A stretch of 64,000 bases of DNA from a virus: the IMG/VR virus record IMGVR_UViG_3300025168_000039, positions 32,001-96,000 of that record, one strand, 5' to 3'. A program made the translations under genes and the position numbers. Below, in pieces: positions 9,538 to 19,950 of the stretch. Position 1 is the stretch's first letter. Each line of letters starts with the position of its first letter. Under the pieces are notes generated by a model. That model made no database searches. It saw only the letters and a list, made by a program, of their open reading frames with translations, and was not told the origin of the DNA.

Positions 9538-11238
9538 ATGTTTAAGTCTAATAAAAATCCACAGTTTAGATCAAAGTTTTCTGAAGATATCTTTTACGCA
9601 AAGTACGCACATAAAGATGCAGAGACTATGCATGAGTTAGCAGCTACCCTGGTTGAGGATGTGTGCCAGGATCAGTTGCGTAAGTCAGAGAAGGATGAGT
9701 TGATCAGTCACATCTCGGAGCTTCGGTTTATTCCTGGCGGTAGATATTTATATTACGCTGGTCGCCCGTCTAAGTTTTTTAATAACTGTTATCTTTTAGA
9801 TTGCGAAGAAGATACAAGAGAGGATTGGGCTAACCTATCTTGGAAGGCAGAGTCTTGTCTAATGACAGGCGGTGGTATTGGTGCTGATTATTCTGTGTAT
9901 AGAGCAGAAGGTAAGGAGCTAGGTGGTACTGGAGGCATTGCTAGTGGTCCTCTACCTAAGATGCAGATGATCAATGAGATTGGCCGAAGGGTTATGCAGG
10001 GTGGTAGTCGTCGCTCTGCTATTTATGCCAGTTTGAATTGGAAGCATGAAGATATAGACAAGTTTCTTTTGTCTAAGAACTGGAAAGATATGCCTATCGG
10101 AACTACGGGACAGTCTTTGTTTGATGTAAAACAAGATGACTTTAATTTCCCTGCACCTTTAGACATGACAAATATAAGTGTTAACTATGATACCGAATGG
10201 CTTTTAAACTATTGGAACACAGGGGATGTGGGAGATGTCTTTTTAAATAATGTACGACAAGCACTCTCCACTGCTGAACCTGGATTTAGTTTTAACTTTT
10301 TTGAGAAAGAGAATGAAACTTTACGAAATGCTTGTACAGAAGTTACTGCCAACAATCGTAATGCTTCGGATGGCGGAGATGACTCAGATGTTTGTAATCT
10401 GGGAAGCCTTAACTTTGCTAGGATTGCTGATGTTTCTCAGCTACGAAATGTAGTAGAACTAGCTACTAAGTTTCTTATCTGTGGAACTTTAAGAGCGCAG
10501 CTTCCTTATGATAAAGTTCACAAGACAAGAGAGAAAAATCGTAGGCTTGGACTAGGCTTGATGGGTTTACATGAATGGTTGATTCAGAGAGGTAGTCGAT
10601 ACGAGACAACAGAAGAGATGCATCGTTGGCTCAAGATTTATAAGTCAGAGTCTGATAGAGTTTCAGATTCTTTTGCTGATGAGATAGGAGTATCTCGTCC
10701 CGTAGCTAAACGAGCAGTAGCTCCAACAGGTACTATAGGAATTATTGCTGGAACATCTACAGGAGTAGAGCCTATCTTTGCTGTAGCATATAAGCGACGA
10801 TATCTAAAGAATCGTAGATGGCATTATCAATATGTTATAGATAGTGCGGCACAAGAGATGATCGAATTGTATGGGGCTAACCCAGATGATATTGAGTCAG
10901 CTATAGATTTAGCTACAGATTATGAGCGTAGACTTTCTTTTCAAGCTAACATTCAAGAGTATGTAGATATGTCTATCTCCAGTACAATTAATCTACCAGC
11001 TTGGGGATCAAAAGATAATAATGAAGACCTTGTAGTTCCCTTCGCTAACACTCTTGCAAAATATGCACACCGTCTTAGAGGATTTACCTGCTACCCTGAT
11101 GGTAGTAGAGGAGGACAACCATTAACATGTGTTCCTTATAAAGAAGCGGTAGCTAAATTAGGTGAAGAGTTTGAAGAGAATATTCAAGCGCATGACATTT
11201 GTGAGATTTCTGGAGCGGGAGGTACTTGCGGAGTTTAG
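9538..11238 (+). CDS. nrdJ: Ribonucleotide reductase, probably class II (B12-dependent)
   Basis: FIPGGR, NNCY, NACTE, CNLGSLN, APTGTI, C-terminal Cys pair; no NrdB-like gene nearby. Confidence 0.88.
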   Translation: MFKSNKNPQFRSKFSEDIFYAKYAHKDAETMHELAATLVEDVCQDQLRKSEKDELISHISELRFIPGGRYLYYAGRPSKFFNNCYLLDCEEDTREDWANLSWKAESCLMTGGGIGADYSVYRAEGKELGGTGGIASGPLPKMQMINEIGRRVMQGGSRRSAIYASLNWKHEDIDKFLLSKNWKDMPIGTTGQSLFDVKQDDFNFPAPLDMTNISVNYDTEWLLNYWNTGDVGDVFLNNVRQALSTAEPGFSFNFFEKENETLRNACTEVTANNRNASDGGDDSDVCNLGSLNFARIADVSQLRNVVELATKFLICGTLRAQLPYDKVHKTREKNRRLGLGLMGLHEWLIQRGSRYETTEEMHRWLKIYKSESDRVSDSFADEIGVSRPVAKRAVAPTGTIGIIAGTSTGVEPIFAVAYKRRYLKNRRWHYQYVIDSAAQEMIELYGANPDDIESAIDLATDYERRLSFQANIQEYVDMSISSTINLPAWGSKDNNEDLVVPFANTLAKYAHRLRGFTCYPDGSRGGQPLTCVPYKEAVAKLGEEFEENIQAHDICEISGAGGTCGV

Positions 11239-11249
11239 ATATTATCCTA

Positions 11250-11326
11250 ACTCTCGTAGCTCAACTGGACAGAGCAACAGATTTCTAATCTGTAGGTTGC
11301 AGGTTCGAGTCCTGCCGAGAGTGCCA
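11250..11326 (+). tRNA. tRNA-Arg (anticodon TCT) with encoded CCA
   Basis: Acceptor ACTCTCG/CGAGAGT, anticodon stem ACAGA/TCTGT with loop TTTCTAA, T arm GCAGG-TTCGAGT-CCTGC, 3' GCCA. Confidence 0.95.
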
Positions 11327-11335
11327 GATAAAATC

Positions 11336-11365
11336 TTGACACAAATATAAAAGTGTGAATATAAT
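11336..11365 (+). promoter_or_regulatory. Sigma70 promoter for the glycosylation/terS operon
   Basis: TTGACA-18 bp-TATAAT. Confidence 0.75.
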
Positions 11366-11395
11366 GTATGATATTAAAAGAATGCAGGAGTTATA

Positions 11396-11545
11396 ATGGC
11401 GGCTAGAAAGTCAATTGGACTATCAACAAAGGTAAATACAACCAGACATATGAGAACTTCTATCGGTTCTTCCACTAATTCAAGACCTAAAAATAAAAAT
11501 ACAAAAAGATTACATGGTAAAAAATACAGGGGGCAGGGAATATGA
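11396..11545 (+). CDS. 49-aa basic protein ending KKYRGQG (not in ORF track)
   Basis: AGGAG RBS; MAARKSIGLS...KKYRGQGI; stop overlaps the next ATG. Confidence 0.7.
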   Translation: MAARKSIGLSTKVNTTRHMRTSIGSSTNSRPKNKNTKRLHGKKYRGQGI

Positions 11546-12339
11546 ATGACATTCCAACAGTTTATATTGGCTACGATAAAAAAGAAGATGATGCTTTTCA
11601 AATTTTAAAAGAATCAATTATTGATACCTCTTCCCAACCTGTTAGAGTAGTCCCTTTAGATCAAGAAACATTACGGCGTATTAATTTATATCGTAGATCA
11701 TTTCAAATTCAAAAAACTGATAACGGTTCTGTTAAAATTGATTGGCAAGATAATAAACCTTTTTCAACTGAGTTCTCTTTCACAAGATTTTTAATTCCAT
11801 TTGTTAATAATCTAAAAGGACTTGCTCTTTTTATGGATTCTGATATGATGGTACGGACTGACATAATGGAAGTCTTTAAGTATGCTTCTAGAGAAGACAA
11901 AGCCGTCTGGTGTGTCAAGCATAACTACAATCCATCAGATGATTATAAAATGGATAATCAAGTTCAGACTAGATACAATCGAAAGAATTGGTCTAGCTTT
12001 GTGCTATGGAATTGTGAGCATGAAGCCCACAAAGATTTAACAATTGACGATGTTAATTTAAAGTCAGGTTATTATTTACATAACTTTCAGTGGTTATCGG
12101 ATGATCTAATTGGAGATATCCCTGAAGAATGGAACTGGTTAGATGGTCATTCTCCAGAAGAGATAGAAGCAAAGAACGTACACTTCACTACTGGTGGACC
12201 TTGGTTTCCTAAGTGGAAACCTAAGAGATCAATCGATGCTAAGTATGCATTAGAGTGGACTAACTTTAGAGATTCTCTTTCAATAGAAGAGGTGTTAGGA
12301 AAAACAAAAACAATGAAGTGGAATAAAACTTATGAGTAA
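11542..12339 (+). CDS. GT-A fold glycosyltransferase (GT8-like)
   Basis: VYIGYD, STEFSFTRFL, FMDSDM (DxD), RKNWSS, EWNWL, HFTTGGPW. Confidence 0.85.
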   Translation: MNDIPTVYIGYDKKEDDAFQILKESIIDTSSQPVRVVPLDQETLRRINLYRRSFQIQKTDNGSVKIDWQDNKPFSTEFSFTRFLIPFVNNLKGLALFMDSDMMVRTDIMEVFKYASREDKAVWCVKHNYNPSDDYKMDNQVQTRYNRKNWSSFVLWNCEHEAHKDLTIDDVNLKSGYYLHNFQWLSDDLIGDIPEEWNWLDGHSPEEIEAKNVHFTTGGPWFPKWKPKRSIDAKYALEWTNFRDSLSIEEVLGKTKTMKWNKTYE

Positions 12340-14656
12340 CAAAAATAAAGTGACGGTGGTAACATCCTTTTCGGAGGATGGCTGGGAAACCTATGCCGAG
12401 AGAATGATTAAGTCTGCTGCAAAATATTGGGAACCGTCCATCAAGCTTGTTGCTTACTACCATGACTTTGATATTAATTCTAAAGACATACCAGAGTGTG
12501 ACCATATTGAGTTTAGAAATTTAAATGATCTAGAAGAACTACACCAATTCAGAAATACCTACAAAGATTTTAATGGTACAGGTAAGGATAGTCAGGGTTA
12601 TAACTGGCGTATGGATGGTATTAAGTTTAGTCATAAAGTATTTGCTATTGCTGACTGTGCGTTTAATTTAAAGAGCGATAGTGACGAGGCAGAGGGTGAT
12701 CATGATCCTGGCTGGTTAGTATGGATGGATGCTGATACGGTTACAGAAAAAAATCTATCAAAGAAAGCCCTTCTTAAATCCTTACCAGAGAAAGTTAATC
12801 TAGTACATCTAGGAAGAAAACATTTTACCTATAGTGAAACTTCTTTTATTGGTTTTAATTTAAATAGCGACACAGCTCTAGAATTTATTGGTGACTTTAT
12901 TGGCGCTTATCTAACAGGAGAAGTTTTTAATTATAGAGAATGGCATGACGGGTTTCTGTTTGAACGACTTTTAATTATCTATAAAGCTCATGGCTTAAAG
13001 TTCCATGATTGGACCGGATCAAAAGATATAAAGTCACAAGTAAAAGGTGAACAAGCCTTTGATTTATTTCCTCTTAGTAGTTATGTAAAACATTTTAAAG
13101 GTAGTAGAAAGAAAGCTTCTTCTCAAGGCGTAGCCCCAGATGTTAATGGACCTCAAAGATATGCTAAGTTAATTGAATTAGTAGAGCTTTACCAACCTAG
13201 TACTATTGCTGAAACAGGTACATGGAACGGTGGTCGAGCTATTCAAATGTCAGAGGCTGCATTTAAATCTTCATATGAAGTAACTTATTATGGTTATGAT
13301 CTCTTTGAGGATGCTACCACAGAGATCGATGAGAAAGAACTGAACAGCAAACAACATAATTTTTTCGCTGCAGTAAACGCAAGACTTAAAGAGTATCAAG
13401 AGAACTGTAAAAATGCTGGTCGTAAGTTTAACTTCGAATTGTTTAAGGGAGATACAAAAGATACACTTCAAGAAAAGAAAGTTGACTTTGCTTACATCGA
13501 TGGGGGTCACTCTGAAGAAACTGTAACCCATGATTATGAGATGTTAAAAGAAAGTAAGGTTGTTGTCTTCGATGATTATATTTCCAAAGATGAAAAAGGA
13601 AATGATCCAGGCAAAGAATTTTATGGTGTTAATAAACTGATCGAAAAGATTGATCACCGAAAGAAAGTGTTACCATCTGCTGATAGAATTATCGAAGGAG
13701 GTATCACTCACCTAGCTGTAGTTCTAACGGATGATACCCTTGAAGATATTCCAGAAACTCTTGGCCGATCACCTATTATTGTACAGCCTAGAGATTGTAT
13801 GCCTAAAGAAGACATTCTTAAAAATGTTAAAAAGAATACTTCTGTTATTGATACATGGGTTACAAAAGCAAAGCCTCATTCAGAAGTTGCTATTATTATT
13901 TCTGGTGGAGGCAGCACTGATTGGAAAGAGGTAAAACGTACAATTAGAAAGGTCGGAAAGAAAAGAGCTAAAGTTATTTGTGTTAAGCATTCTTATCCAG
14001 AGTTATTGAAAAATGACATTAAACCTTTTGGATGTGTCATTCTAGACCCTCGTCCAATTACAGGAACAAGTACTCATGGAGTTGTCCGAAAAGATTTGTT
14101 TAAAAAGATTGATGATAGTACTTTATTTATGGCAGCATCTATGACTGATCCTTCTGTTATAGACTTACTGCGAAAGAAAACAAAAAACATTGTAGGGTGG
14201 CATGCATATACCAACGCACTACAAGAAAATATTAAAGATCAAGTTAAGAACGATGCCGTAAAAATTGACGAGAAGTTAGGTATCAAAGAAGGAGCTACGA
14301 TGATTATCGGTGGTACTTGTGCAGCCATGCGATCAATTGGCATCATGCATACTCTAGGCTTTAGAGAGTTCCATCTCTTTGGATATGACTGTTCCTTTCC
14401 TGAACCTTCTAAAAAAGAACAGAAAGAAACAACGGATGAGGGTAAGCCAAAGTATCTAAAGGTAGGTGTAGGGAATGAGAGCTTCTGGACTACCGGAGAA
14501 CTCCTGGCAATGGCACAAGACTGCGAGAAGTTATTCGAGAAGGAAGATGTAAACCTTAGTATAAACTTTCATGGAACTGGTACACTTGTTTCTAAGCTCT
14601 GGGAAATATCTGATACTCATAAGTTACGCACATACAAAGAGGTTCTTTCTTTATAA
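12332..14656 (+). CDS. Three-domain fusion: GT-like + class I SAM methyltransferase + Maf/DUF115-like domain
   Basis: VVTSF...KFSHKV...WMDAD; ETGTWNG...YGYDLF...YIDGGHS...VVFDDY; IISGGGS...GFREFHLFGYDCS. Confidence 0.75.
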   Translation: MSNKNKVTVVTSFSEDGWETYAERMIKSAAKYWEPSIKLVAYYHDFDINSKDIPECDHIEFRNLNDLEELHQFRNTYKDFNGTGKDSQGYNWRMDGIKFSHKVFAIADCAFNLKSDSDEAEGDHDPGWLVWMDADTVTEKNLSKKALLKSLPEKVNLVHLGRKHFTYSETSFIGFNLNSDTALEFIGDFIGAYLTGEVFNYREWHDGFLFERLLIIYKAHGLKFHDWTGSKDIKSQVKGEQAFDLFPLSSYVKHFKGSRKKASSQGVAPDVNGPQRYAKLIELVELYQPSTIAETGTWNGGRAIQMSEAAFKSSYEVTYYGYDLFEDATTEIDEKELNSKQHNFFAAVNARLKEYQENCKNAGRKFNFELFKGDTKDTLQEKKVDFAYIDGGHSEETVTHDYEMLKESKVVVFDDYISKDEKGNDPGKEFYGVNKLIEKIDHRKKVLPSADRIIEGGITHLAVVLTDDTLEDIPETLGRSPIIVQPRDCMPKEDILKNVKKNTSVIDTWVTKAKPHSEVAIIISGGGSTDWKEVKRTIRKVGKKRAKVICVKHSYPELLKNDIKPFGCVILDPRPITGTSTHGVVRKDLFKKIDDSTLFMAASMTDPSVIDLLRKKTKNIVGWHAYTNALQENIKDQVKNDAVKIDEKLGIKEGATMIIGGTCAAMRSIGIMHTLGFREFHLFGYDCSFPEPSKKEQKETTDEGKPKYLKVGVGNESFWTTGELLAMAQDCEKLFEKEDVNLSINFHGTGTLVSKLWEISDTHKLRTYKEVLSL

Positions 14657-15063
14657 TGCTAACAGAAAAGCAAGAGAAGTTTGCACAGTCATATGTACTA
14701 AATAATAATGCTACTGATGCAGCAAAGAGTGCAGGGTATTCTGATAGGTCAGCTTACAATCAAGGCTATCGTTTATTACAAAATGACTTTATCGTAGAAA
14801 GAATAGAAGAGCTATCTAGAGAATTAAAAACTAGTGTGGATGTTGTAGCTGAGATTGAAGATCAATATACCTTTGCTAAAACCAATGGTCATGTGAACAG
14901 CGCCATCAAAGCTCTAGAACTTTTATCTAGAGTCAGAGGTAATAAAGTTGAAGATGGAAAGAATGTTAGTAAAGAAGAGTTGATTACTCTTATTGTTTCA
15001 ACCTTTGAGGTTCTTGGAAAGGAACAAGTAGAAGATATGGTTAAACGCTGTAAATTCGACTAG
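14656..15063 (+). CDS. terS: Terminase small subunit
   Basis: LTEKQEKFAQSY...NATDAAKSAGYS...A...G.RLL N-terminal HTH signature. Confidence 0.85.
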   Translation: MLTEKQEKFAQSYVLNNNATDAAKSAGYSDRSAYNQGYRLLQNDFIVERIEELSRELKTSVDVVAEIEDQYTFAKTNGHVNSAIKALELLSRVRGNKVEDGKNVSKEELITLIVSTFEVLGKEQVEDMVKRCKFD

Positions 15064-15067
15064 CAGT

Positions 15068-15104
15068 AAAAAATAAGCCCCTACGTTGACCATTGAGTAG
15101 GGGT
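15068..15104 (-). terminator. Rho-independent terminator at the end of the late operon
   Basis: GCCCCTAC/GTAGGGGT stem with a T-tract on the - strand, between converging operons. Confidence 0.55.
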
Positions 15105-15198
15105 GAAGACAGTCTCGGCTACCTACCCACCAGGAAGAACCCTAAGTTTACCAGTGATCCTTATACGGTCTTACAGAGCATTTACTAAAAAATAAGAC

Positions 15199-15360
15199 CT
15201 ATCTTCCTCTACGACGGTTGGGACCGTTCCTTTTTTTAGGTTGAGGTTGTTTTCTTACAGGAGGGACCAGTGATTTCTTTAGATGCCATCCAACTGCTAC
15301 ACCTCCAACATAAGATATTGCAATAAGAGTAAGGTATATTACAAATACAGTGACTGTCAT
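15199..15360 (-). CDS. 53-aa membrane protein with basic tail (not in ORF track)
   Basis: MTVTVFVIYLTLIAISYVGGVAVGW... followed by K/R-rich C-terminus. Confidence 0.55.
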   Translation of the reverse strand: MTVTVFVIYLTLIAISYVGGVAVGWHLKKSLVPPVRKQPQPKKRNGPNRRRGR

Positions 15361-15361
15361 T

Positions 15362-15703
15362 CTACTTCTCTACAAAAGGGTGGCGGCCATTATGCATTTT
15401 TTGTAATGCTGTAATTTCAGATTCTGTTTTTTTCAATCTTTCAGAAACAAAACCTCTCCATTTATTTTGCCCCTCTAAATTACTCGGACTTAAAATATTA
15501 GACAAGACTTCTATCTGTTGTTGTAAAACTGCAACAACATTTTTAACACCATCAAACTTTCTGTTTAATTCATCAAAATATTTTCTTTGTTCGTCTTGTC
15601 TTTGTTTTAGAGATGACACTTGATTGCGAACCAATCCCCATGCACCAGCTAATGAAGCTATGACTGCCCCAATCTGGATCGCCATCCTTGCATCTAGTTC
15701 CAT
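15362..15703 (-). CDS. Membrane-anchored coiled-coil protein (possibly lysis-related)
   Basis: N-terminal TM segment and coiled coil; last genes of the late operon. Confidence 0.6.
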   Translation of the reverse strand: MELDARMAIQIGAVIASLAGAWGLVRNQVSSLKQRQDEQRKYFDELNRKFDGVKNVVAVLQQQIEVLSNILSPSNLEGQNKWRGFVSERLKKTESEITALQKMHNGRHPFVEK

Positions 15704-18700
15704 TATTTCTCTACCTCTACCAAAGGCTTCTGAATATATTCTACAAATATATTAGTTAACCCATCTTGTAATTTACTAGATAGTTCAGGGCTAACCTGTC
15801 TATCTTCTAAAGCTTTAAATATACTCATATCCCCAATTAAATTATCAGGCATAAACACACCACTTTCTACACTGCTTGCGACATCTGCAATTAATGGTAA
15901 AATTAATTCGTCGTTAGCAGTATACCAGAACTTATTTGTAGCTGCTTCTAAAACTCCACTTATACCTAATATTTTTGGCTTAGTTAAATCAGCTTCAGAT
16001 TTACCTTTTGGTATTTCATAGTATTCAACATTTTTAAATTCATTAAGTCTCTTTGTAAATTTTTGCATACCTTTATATTTACGGTCTTGTAAATTTTTAT
16101 AGCTTTTTAAAAGCTGGTCTATATCTTCATTAGTTATTTCTCTTCTAGGAAGTTTTCTTACATCAGCTAAAAAATTATCTTTTGTTTTAGCTATAGCTTT
16201 TAATCTACTAGACATGTCATAACCCATAGACTTTTGTACGTCTACGGTTATTGGTCGAATACCTGTCTTAACATAAAATTTTAAATCCGTAGAACTTAAT
16301 GGAAAGCCAGAAGCTCTTTGCCCCTGTCCTTCTCCTAAGAGTTCTTCTGAACTTACAGACTCCGCATATTGTCTAATAGCTTTAATAGTTCCTGGCTCTA
16401 AAAATTTTCCAATCTCCGTTAATGCTGATATAACTTTATCTTTAGTTGTGACACCTACTGCATCATCGTAAATTGGTTTACCTGTTTTCAGATTTGTTCC
16501 GCTTACAACATTAACTAATGCTTCTGTTAAAAACTTAGGAGATAGATATGCACCAGCAAGTCCCTTTGTTGCATTACCTACAGCATCATCTATTTCAGAG
16601 TCAGAAACAAATCCATTCTTCATTAACTTAGCTTGAAGCAAACGAAGAGGTGATTTAAGTACATCAAAAGTATCAGCAGATGTAGAGCCAATATACCTAG
16701 ATGTTATTCTAGGGTCTGCTTGATTGTTATCTTTAACAAATGGTTGAAGCCAAAACTGTTTCGCACCCTTTGTCCAATCTGGAGATACAGCATTTACAAA
16801 CTTTTTATTAGCTTCTGTTATTTGATAAGCATCTTCATTTTGACTAGCAACCATATCCCAACCACCAGCAACAACTCCGGCACCTGCGAATCTTCTTGCC
16901 CCATGTGCAATCAATGCAGGGTTTCCTGTTTTCGTTCCCTCCACTATGTCTTTCACACTAGTCTTTAAAATATTTTTAGTATTTCTTATTACCTCACTGG
17001 GAAACAATACATAGTTACCTATCAAAGGAGTCTTGGCTATTTCTCTAGCTAGTGGAGCAGCATCGCCATATGTAGGCATAGTCTCTCTAACATATCTAGC
17101 AGCTCTTTCATCTAAATCATTATCATATATTTTTTTAGCTGCCTTACGTTTAATACTACGCTCTTTCATAATATTACTTATTGTTGGTCCTTCTTTAAAT
17201 ATCTTTTTTAAAGCTGCTCTTTCACTTTCATAAGCAACTAATTTTAGATAGGCATCAGGTTGACCATACAAAGAACCTAGCTTACTCATTGTTTTTCGAT
17301 AAGCTTTGCTTACTGTGCCAGTGGCATTTTGCATTTGAGAAGCACCAGCCTTTATTAGTTCTCCAGTAACATCTTGCTCAATAACACCAAGCCTTCTTAG
17401 CTTTGCTAATTTTGCAACAGCTACAGGATTTTTTAAAGTAAGCTGATTTCCTAAAGTTCCTATTTCTTTTACTGCTGCTTTATAAGCAATCGGATTTAAG
17501 AAGTGACCATTTGCAATAAGACTTTGAGTGCCACCAATAAGGTTTAGTGCATACGCAGGTAGATCAAGCAAAGTCTCTTTTGCCTGTGCTAGTGATGCAG
17601 CATTAACCCAAATACTTCTAATTCTACCAGAGCTATTAAATAACTCAAGACCTTGATTAATAGCCCTACCCATCTCAGGACTTGTGTAGATATCTTTTAG
17701 TATTTGCCTTGAGTCACCTCCAAATTTTCCAATTGAATCTTTAGCAACTTGCTCTAAACCAAATTCAATATTTGGAGCAGAACCTTTTTGAAAGGTTGTT
17801 TTTACTGATGGTAATATAGGAAAGAAACCTTTTAAATCTACTTCTTTTCCTACATTTTCTCTAGCAAATTTTTCTACATCTTTTAAATATTTTAATTCTG
17901 CTATTAATTTATTCTGTTGAATTAAACTAGTAGCAAGATTTTGTTTACCAGATTTATTTTGACCAAGCAAATCTAATACAGAATCATCTAAGTCTTGTTT
18001 TTTTCTTAAAACTTTTATAGTTGCGGGACGATATCCCTGTTGTGCAGTCCCACTAAATATTTTATCTATCAGAGGTCTATCCTCTTTAGACAATCTATAA
18101 ACCATGTTAGTAATAACACTATCAACATCAGCAGAATCAACTCCCTGCTTTTTTAAATATGATCTTGCGTTCTCTACCTTCGTAAGAAAAACAGGATCAG
18201 GAGATTTATCTAGAAGTGCCTTTTTAATTTCAGCATAATATTTAGGATTATTAGCAGATTGAAAAGTTCTAGATAAGTAGAAACCGTTTCGATCTCTATT
18301 AACTCCAATTTTTGCATTACCTGTTAATCCTAATTGAGTATTAATTAATGTTTCATTACTATTAATTTGTTTTTTAATATTATCTACTTGATCTAATACA
18401 GTATCAGGGATACCCCTTTCGACAAATGATTGTCTATTTTTAGCGCCAGAATTTATATATTCATTTAAAATATCTTCATCAACATCACTATCTTTAATTG
18501 ATCGTTCTAAATCTTTTATCTGTTTTTTAATTTCAATTTCAGAACCAGCCTTTGACCTAGTTCTTTTTCTTGCAGCATCCGCTAAATCTTGCGAAAGATT
18601 AGCATCAGACCGTAATAGTTTTCCTGCAGCGGTATTTATTTTAGCAATCGGATCTTTTAATGGACGAAATAAGTTTCCTGCCCCAGTTTTTAATCTAGCA

Positions 18701-19929
18701 ATATTTTGCGTCGTAAAAAGTTTTTTAGCTCCAACTCCTATTGTTTTAAATGCCGCTGCACCAACAGCAGTGTCTGCTATCGCTCCAAAATATTTAAGAA
18801 GTTCGTCTTTTCTAGTAGTTGAATTTGGATTTACTCTAAACTTTTTAATTTCCTCTACTACAGATTCAGGTAAACTGTCTACCAATCCTAGATCAGCATT
18901 GGTTGCAAAGTCAATAAGTAGCCCTTGTTGTCCTTCGTTAAAATCTGTAATTTGTACAAAGCCTTGAACCACCCCTACGTTTGCACCACTAGCTTTTACT
19001 AATCTTTCTACTCTTTTAGAAAAATCTTTTCCTCTACGCTTTGCTATATAAGCAAGTCCTTTTCTAGCAAGTTTTGCGCCTATGCCAGCTATAGAAGCTA
19101 AAGCTATTAACTCGCTAACCATTTTCTCTTCATCGTTTAAATTAGGTTCTAATATTTCATTAACTTTTGCCACCGCTTTACCAAAAGGAGATTCTTTTAG
19201 TAGTTTAGCTGTTGCTGGATCTGTAATTGTTATTACAGACATTGCTATTTCACCGGGTGTTTTCCCTATTTCCAAAGCTGCTTTGCCGAAAATTCTTGCC
19301 GCTTGTCCTTGTCCATATACATTCATATAAATAGCTAAAAGTTTTCTTTCAGGTATTGTAAGAGATGCTGGGTCTTTCTTAGCTTTGTCCTGTAATTTTT
19401 TTAGTAATTCAGTTCCTGCTTTACCTGCAACCTCAAGTGGTTTATTTTCTGTCTGCTCTGGAGTAGAGACTCCTTCTACTGAACCTTCTCCAGATTTAAT
19501 TGACTCTGAAAATATAATTCCAAATTCATTAGGCGTTTCTACTTCTGAAGAAACTCCAGCACCTTCTATTGGCACAGAGGTAGCCTCAACAGGAGGAGTA
19601 GCCTCAACAGGAGGAGTAGCCTGGACAGGGGGAGCCGTTTCAACAGGAGTAGATATAGATTGATCTACTGCTGAAATAAGTTCTTGAGGAGGAACTTTTA
19701 TAGGATTTGCTTTTATTAAAGGAACTTCAGGTTCTTTTACATCTACAGAAGGAGCTTCAGGTTCTTCTTTAGGTTTAAGCATATTAGAAGGAACTTCTTT
19801 CCATTCCGCTCCGTTATATAAATACACCTGTCCTGTATCAGGATTTACTGCTTTTTCAGTTGGAATGTATTCTTTACCTTCCAACCTATGTCCCTCTCCA
19901 TTATCTGGATTATAGGTTATTTCAGACAT
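15703..19929 (-). CDS. Large internal virion / DNA ejection protein
   Basis: 1408 aa, largely helical, third gene of the ejection-protein cluster; Pro-rich N-terminal repeats. Confidence 0.65.
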   Translation of the reverse strand: MSEITYNPDNGEGHRLEGKEYIPTEKAVNPDTGQVYLYNGAEWKEVPSNMLKPKEEPEAPSVDVKEPEVPLIKANPIKVPPQELISAVDQSISTPVETAPPVQATPPVEATPPVEATSVPIEGAGVSSEVETPNEFGIIFSESIKSGEGSVEGVSTPEQTENKPLEVAGKAGTELLKKLQDKAKKDPASLTIPERKLLAIYMNVYGQGQAARIFGKAALEIGKTPGEIAMSVITITDPATAKLLKESPFGKAVAKVNEILEPNLNDEEKMVSELIALASIAGIGAKLARKGLAYIAKRRGKDFSKRVERLVKASGANVGVVQGFVQITDFNEGQQGLLIDFATNADLGLVDSLPESVVEEIKKFRVNPNSTTRKDELLKYFGAIADTAVGAAAFKTIGVGAKKLFTTQNIARLKTGAGNLFRPLKDPIAKINTAAGKLLRSDANLSQDLADAARKRTRSKAGSEIEIKKQIKDLERSIKDSDVDEDILNEYINSGAKNRQSFVERGIPDTVLDQVDNIKKQINSNETLINTQLGLTGNAKIGVNRDRNGFYLSRTFQSANNPKYYAEIKKALLDKSPDPVFLTKVENARSYLKKQGVDSADVDSVITNMVYRLSKEDRPLIDKIFSGTAQQGYRPATIKVLRKKQDLDDSVLDLLGQNKSGKQNLATSLIQQNKLIAELKYLKDVEKFARENVGKEVDLKGFFPILPSVKTTFQKGSAPNIEFGLEQVAKDSIGKFGGDSRQILKDIYTSPEMGRAINQGLELFNSSGRIRSIWVNAASLAQAKETLLDLPAYALNLIGGTQSLIANGHFLNPIAYKAAVKEIGTLGNQLTLKNPVAVAKLAKLRRLGVIEQDVTGELIKAGASQMQNATGTVSKAYRKTMSKLGSLYGQPDAYLKLVAYESERAALKKIFKEGPTISNIMKERSIKRKAAKKIYDNDLDERAARYVRETMPTYGDAAPLAREIAKTPLIGNYVLFPSEVIRNTKNILKTSVKDIVEGTKTGNPALIAHGARRFAGAGVVAGGWDMVASQNEDAYQITEANKKFVNAVSPDWTKGAKQFWLQPFVKDNNQADPRITSRYIGSTSADTFDVLKSPLRLLQAKLMKNGFVSDSEIDDAVGNATKGLAGAYLSPKFLTEALVNVVSGTNLKTGKPIYDDAVGVTTKDKVISALTEIGKFLEPGTIKAIRQYAESVSSEELLGEGQGQRASGFPLSSTDLKFYVKTGIRPITVDVQKSMGYDMSSRLKAIAKTKDNFLADVRKLPRREITNEDIDQLLKSYKNLQDRKYKGMQKFTKRLNEFKNVEYYEIPKGKSEADLTKPKILGISGVLEAATNKFWYTANDELILPLIADVASSVESGVFMPDNLIGDMSIFKALEDRQVSPELSSKLQDGLTNIFVEYIQKPLVEVEK

Positions 19930-19950
19930 TTAATATTCCTATTTAATAAT

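Noticed and set aside
19579-19630. 18-bp tandem repeats (also the 9-bp repeats near 54392 and a 33-bp duplication at about 24817/25001)
   Set aside because: Ordinary low-complexity coding repeats in Pro/Ala-rich linkers.
15703-19929. Virion RNA polymerase
   Set aside because: No recognisable single-subunit RNAP or DxDGD motifs, and host-type sigma70 promoters are present.
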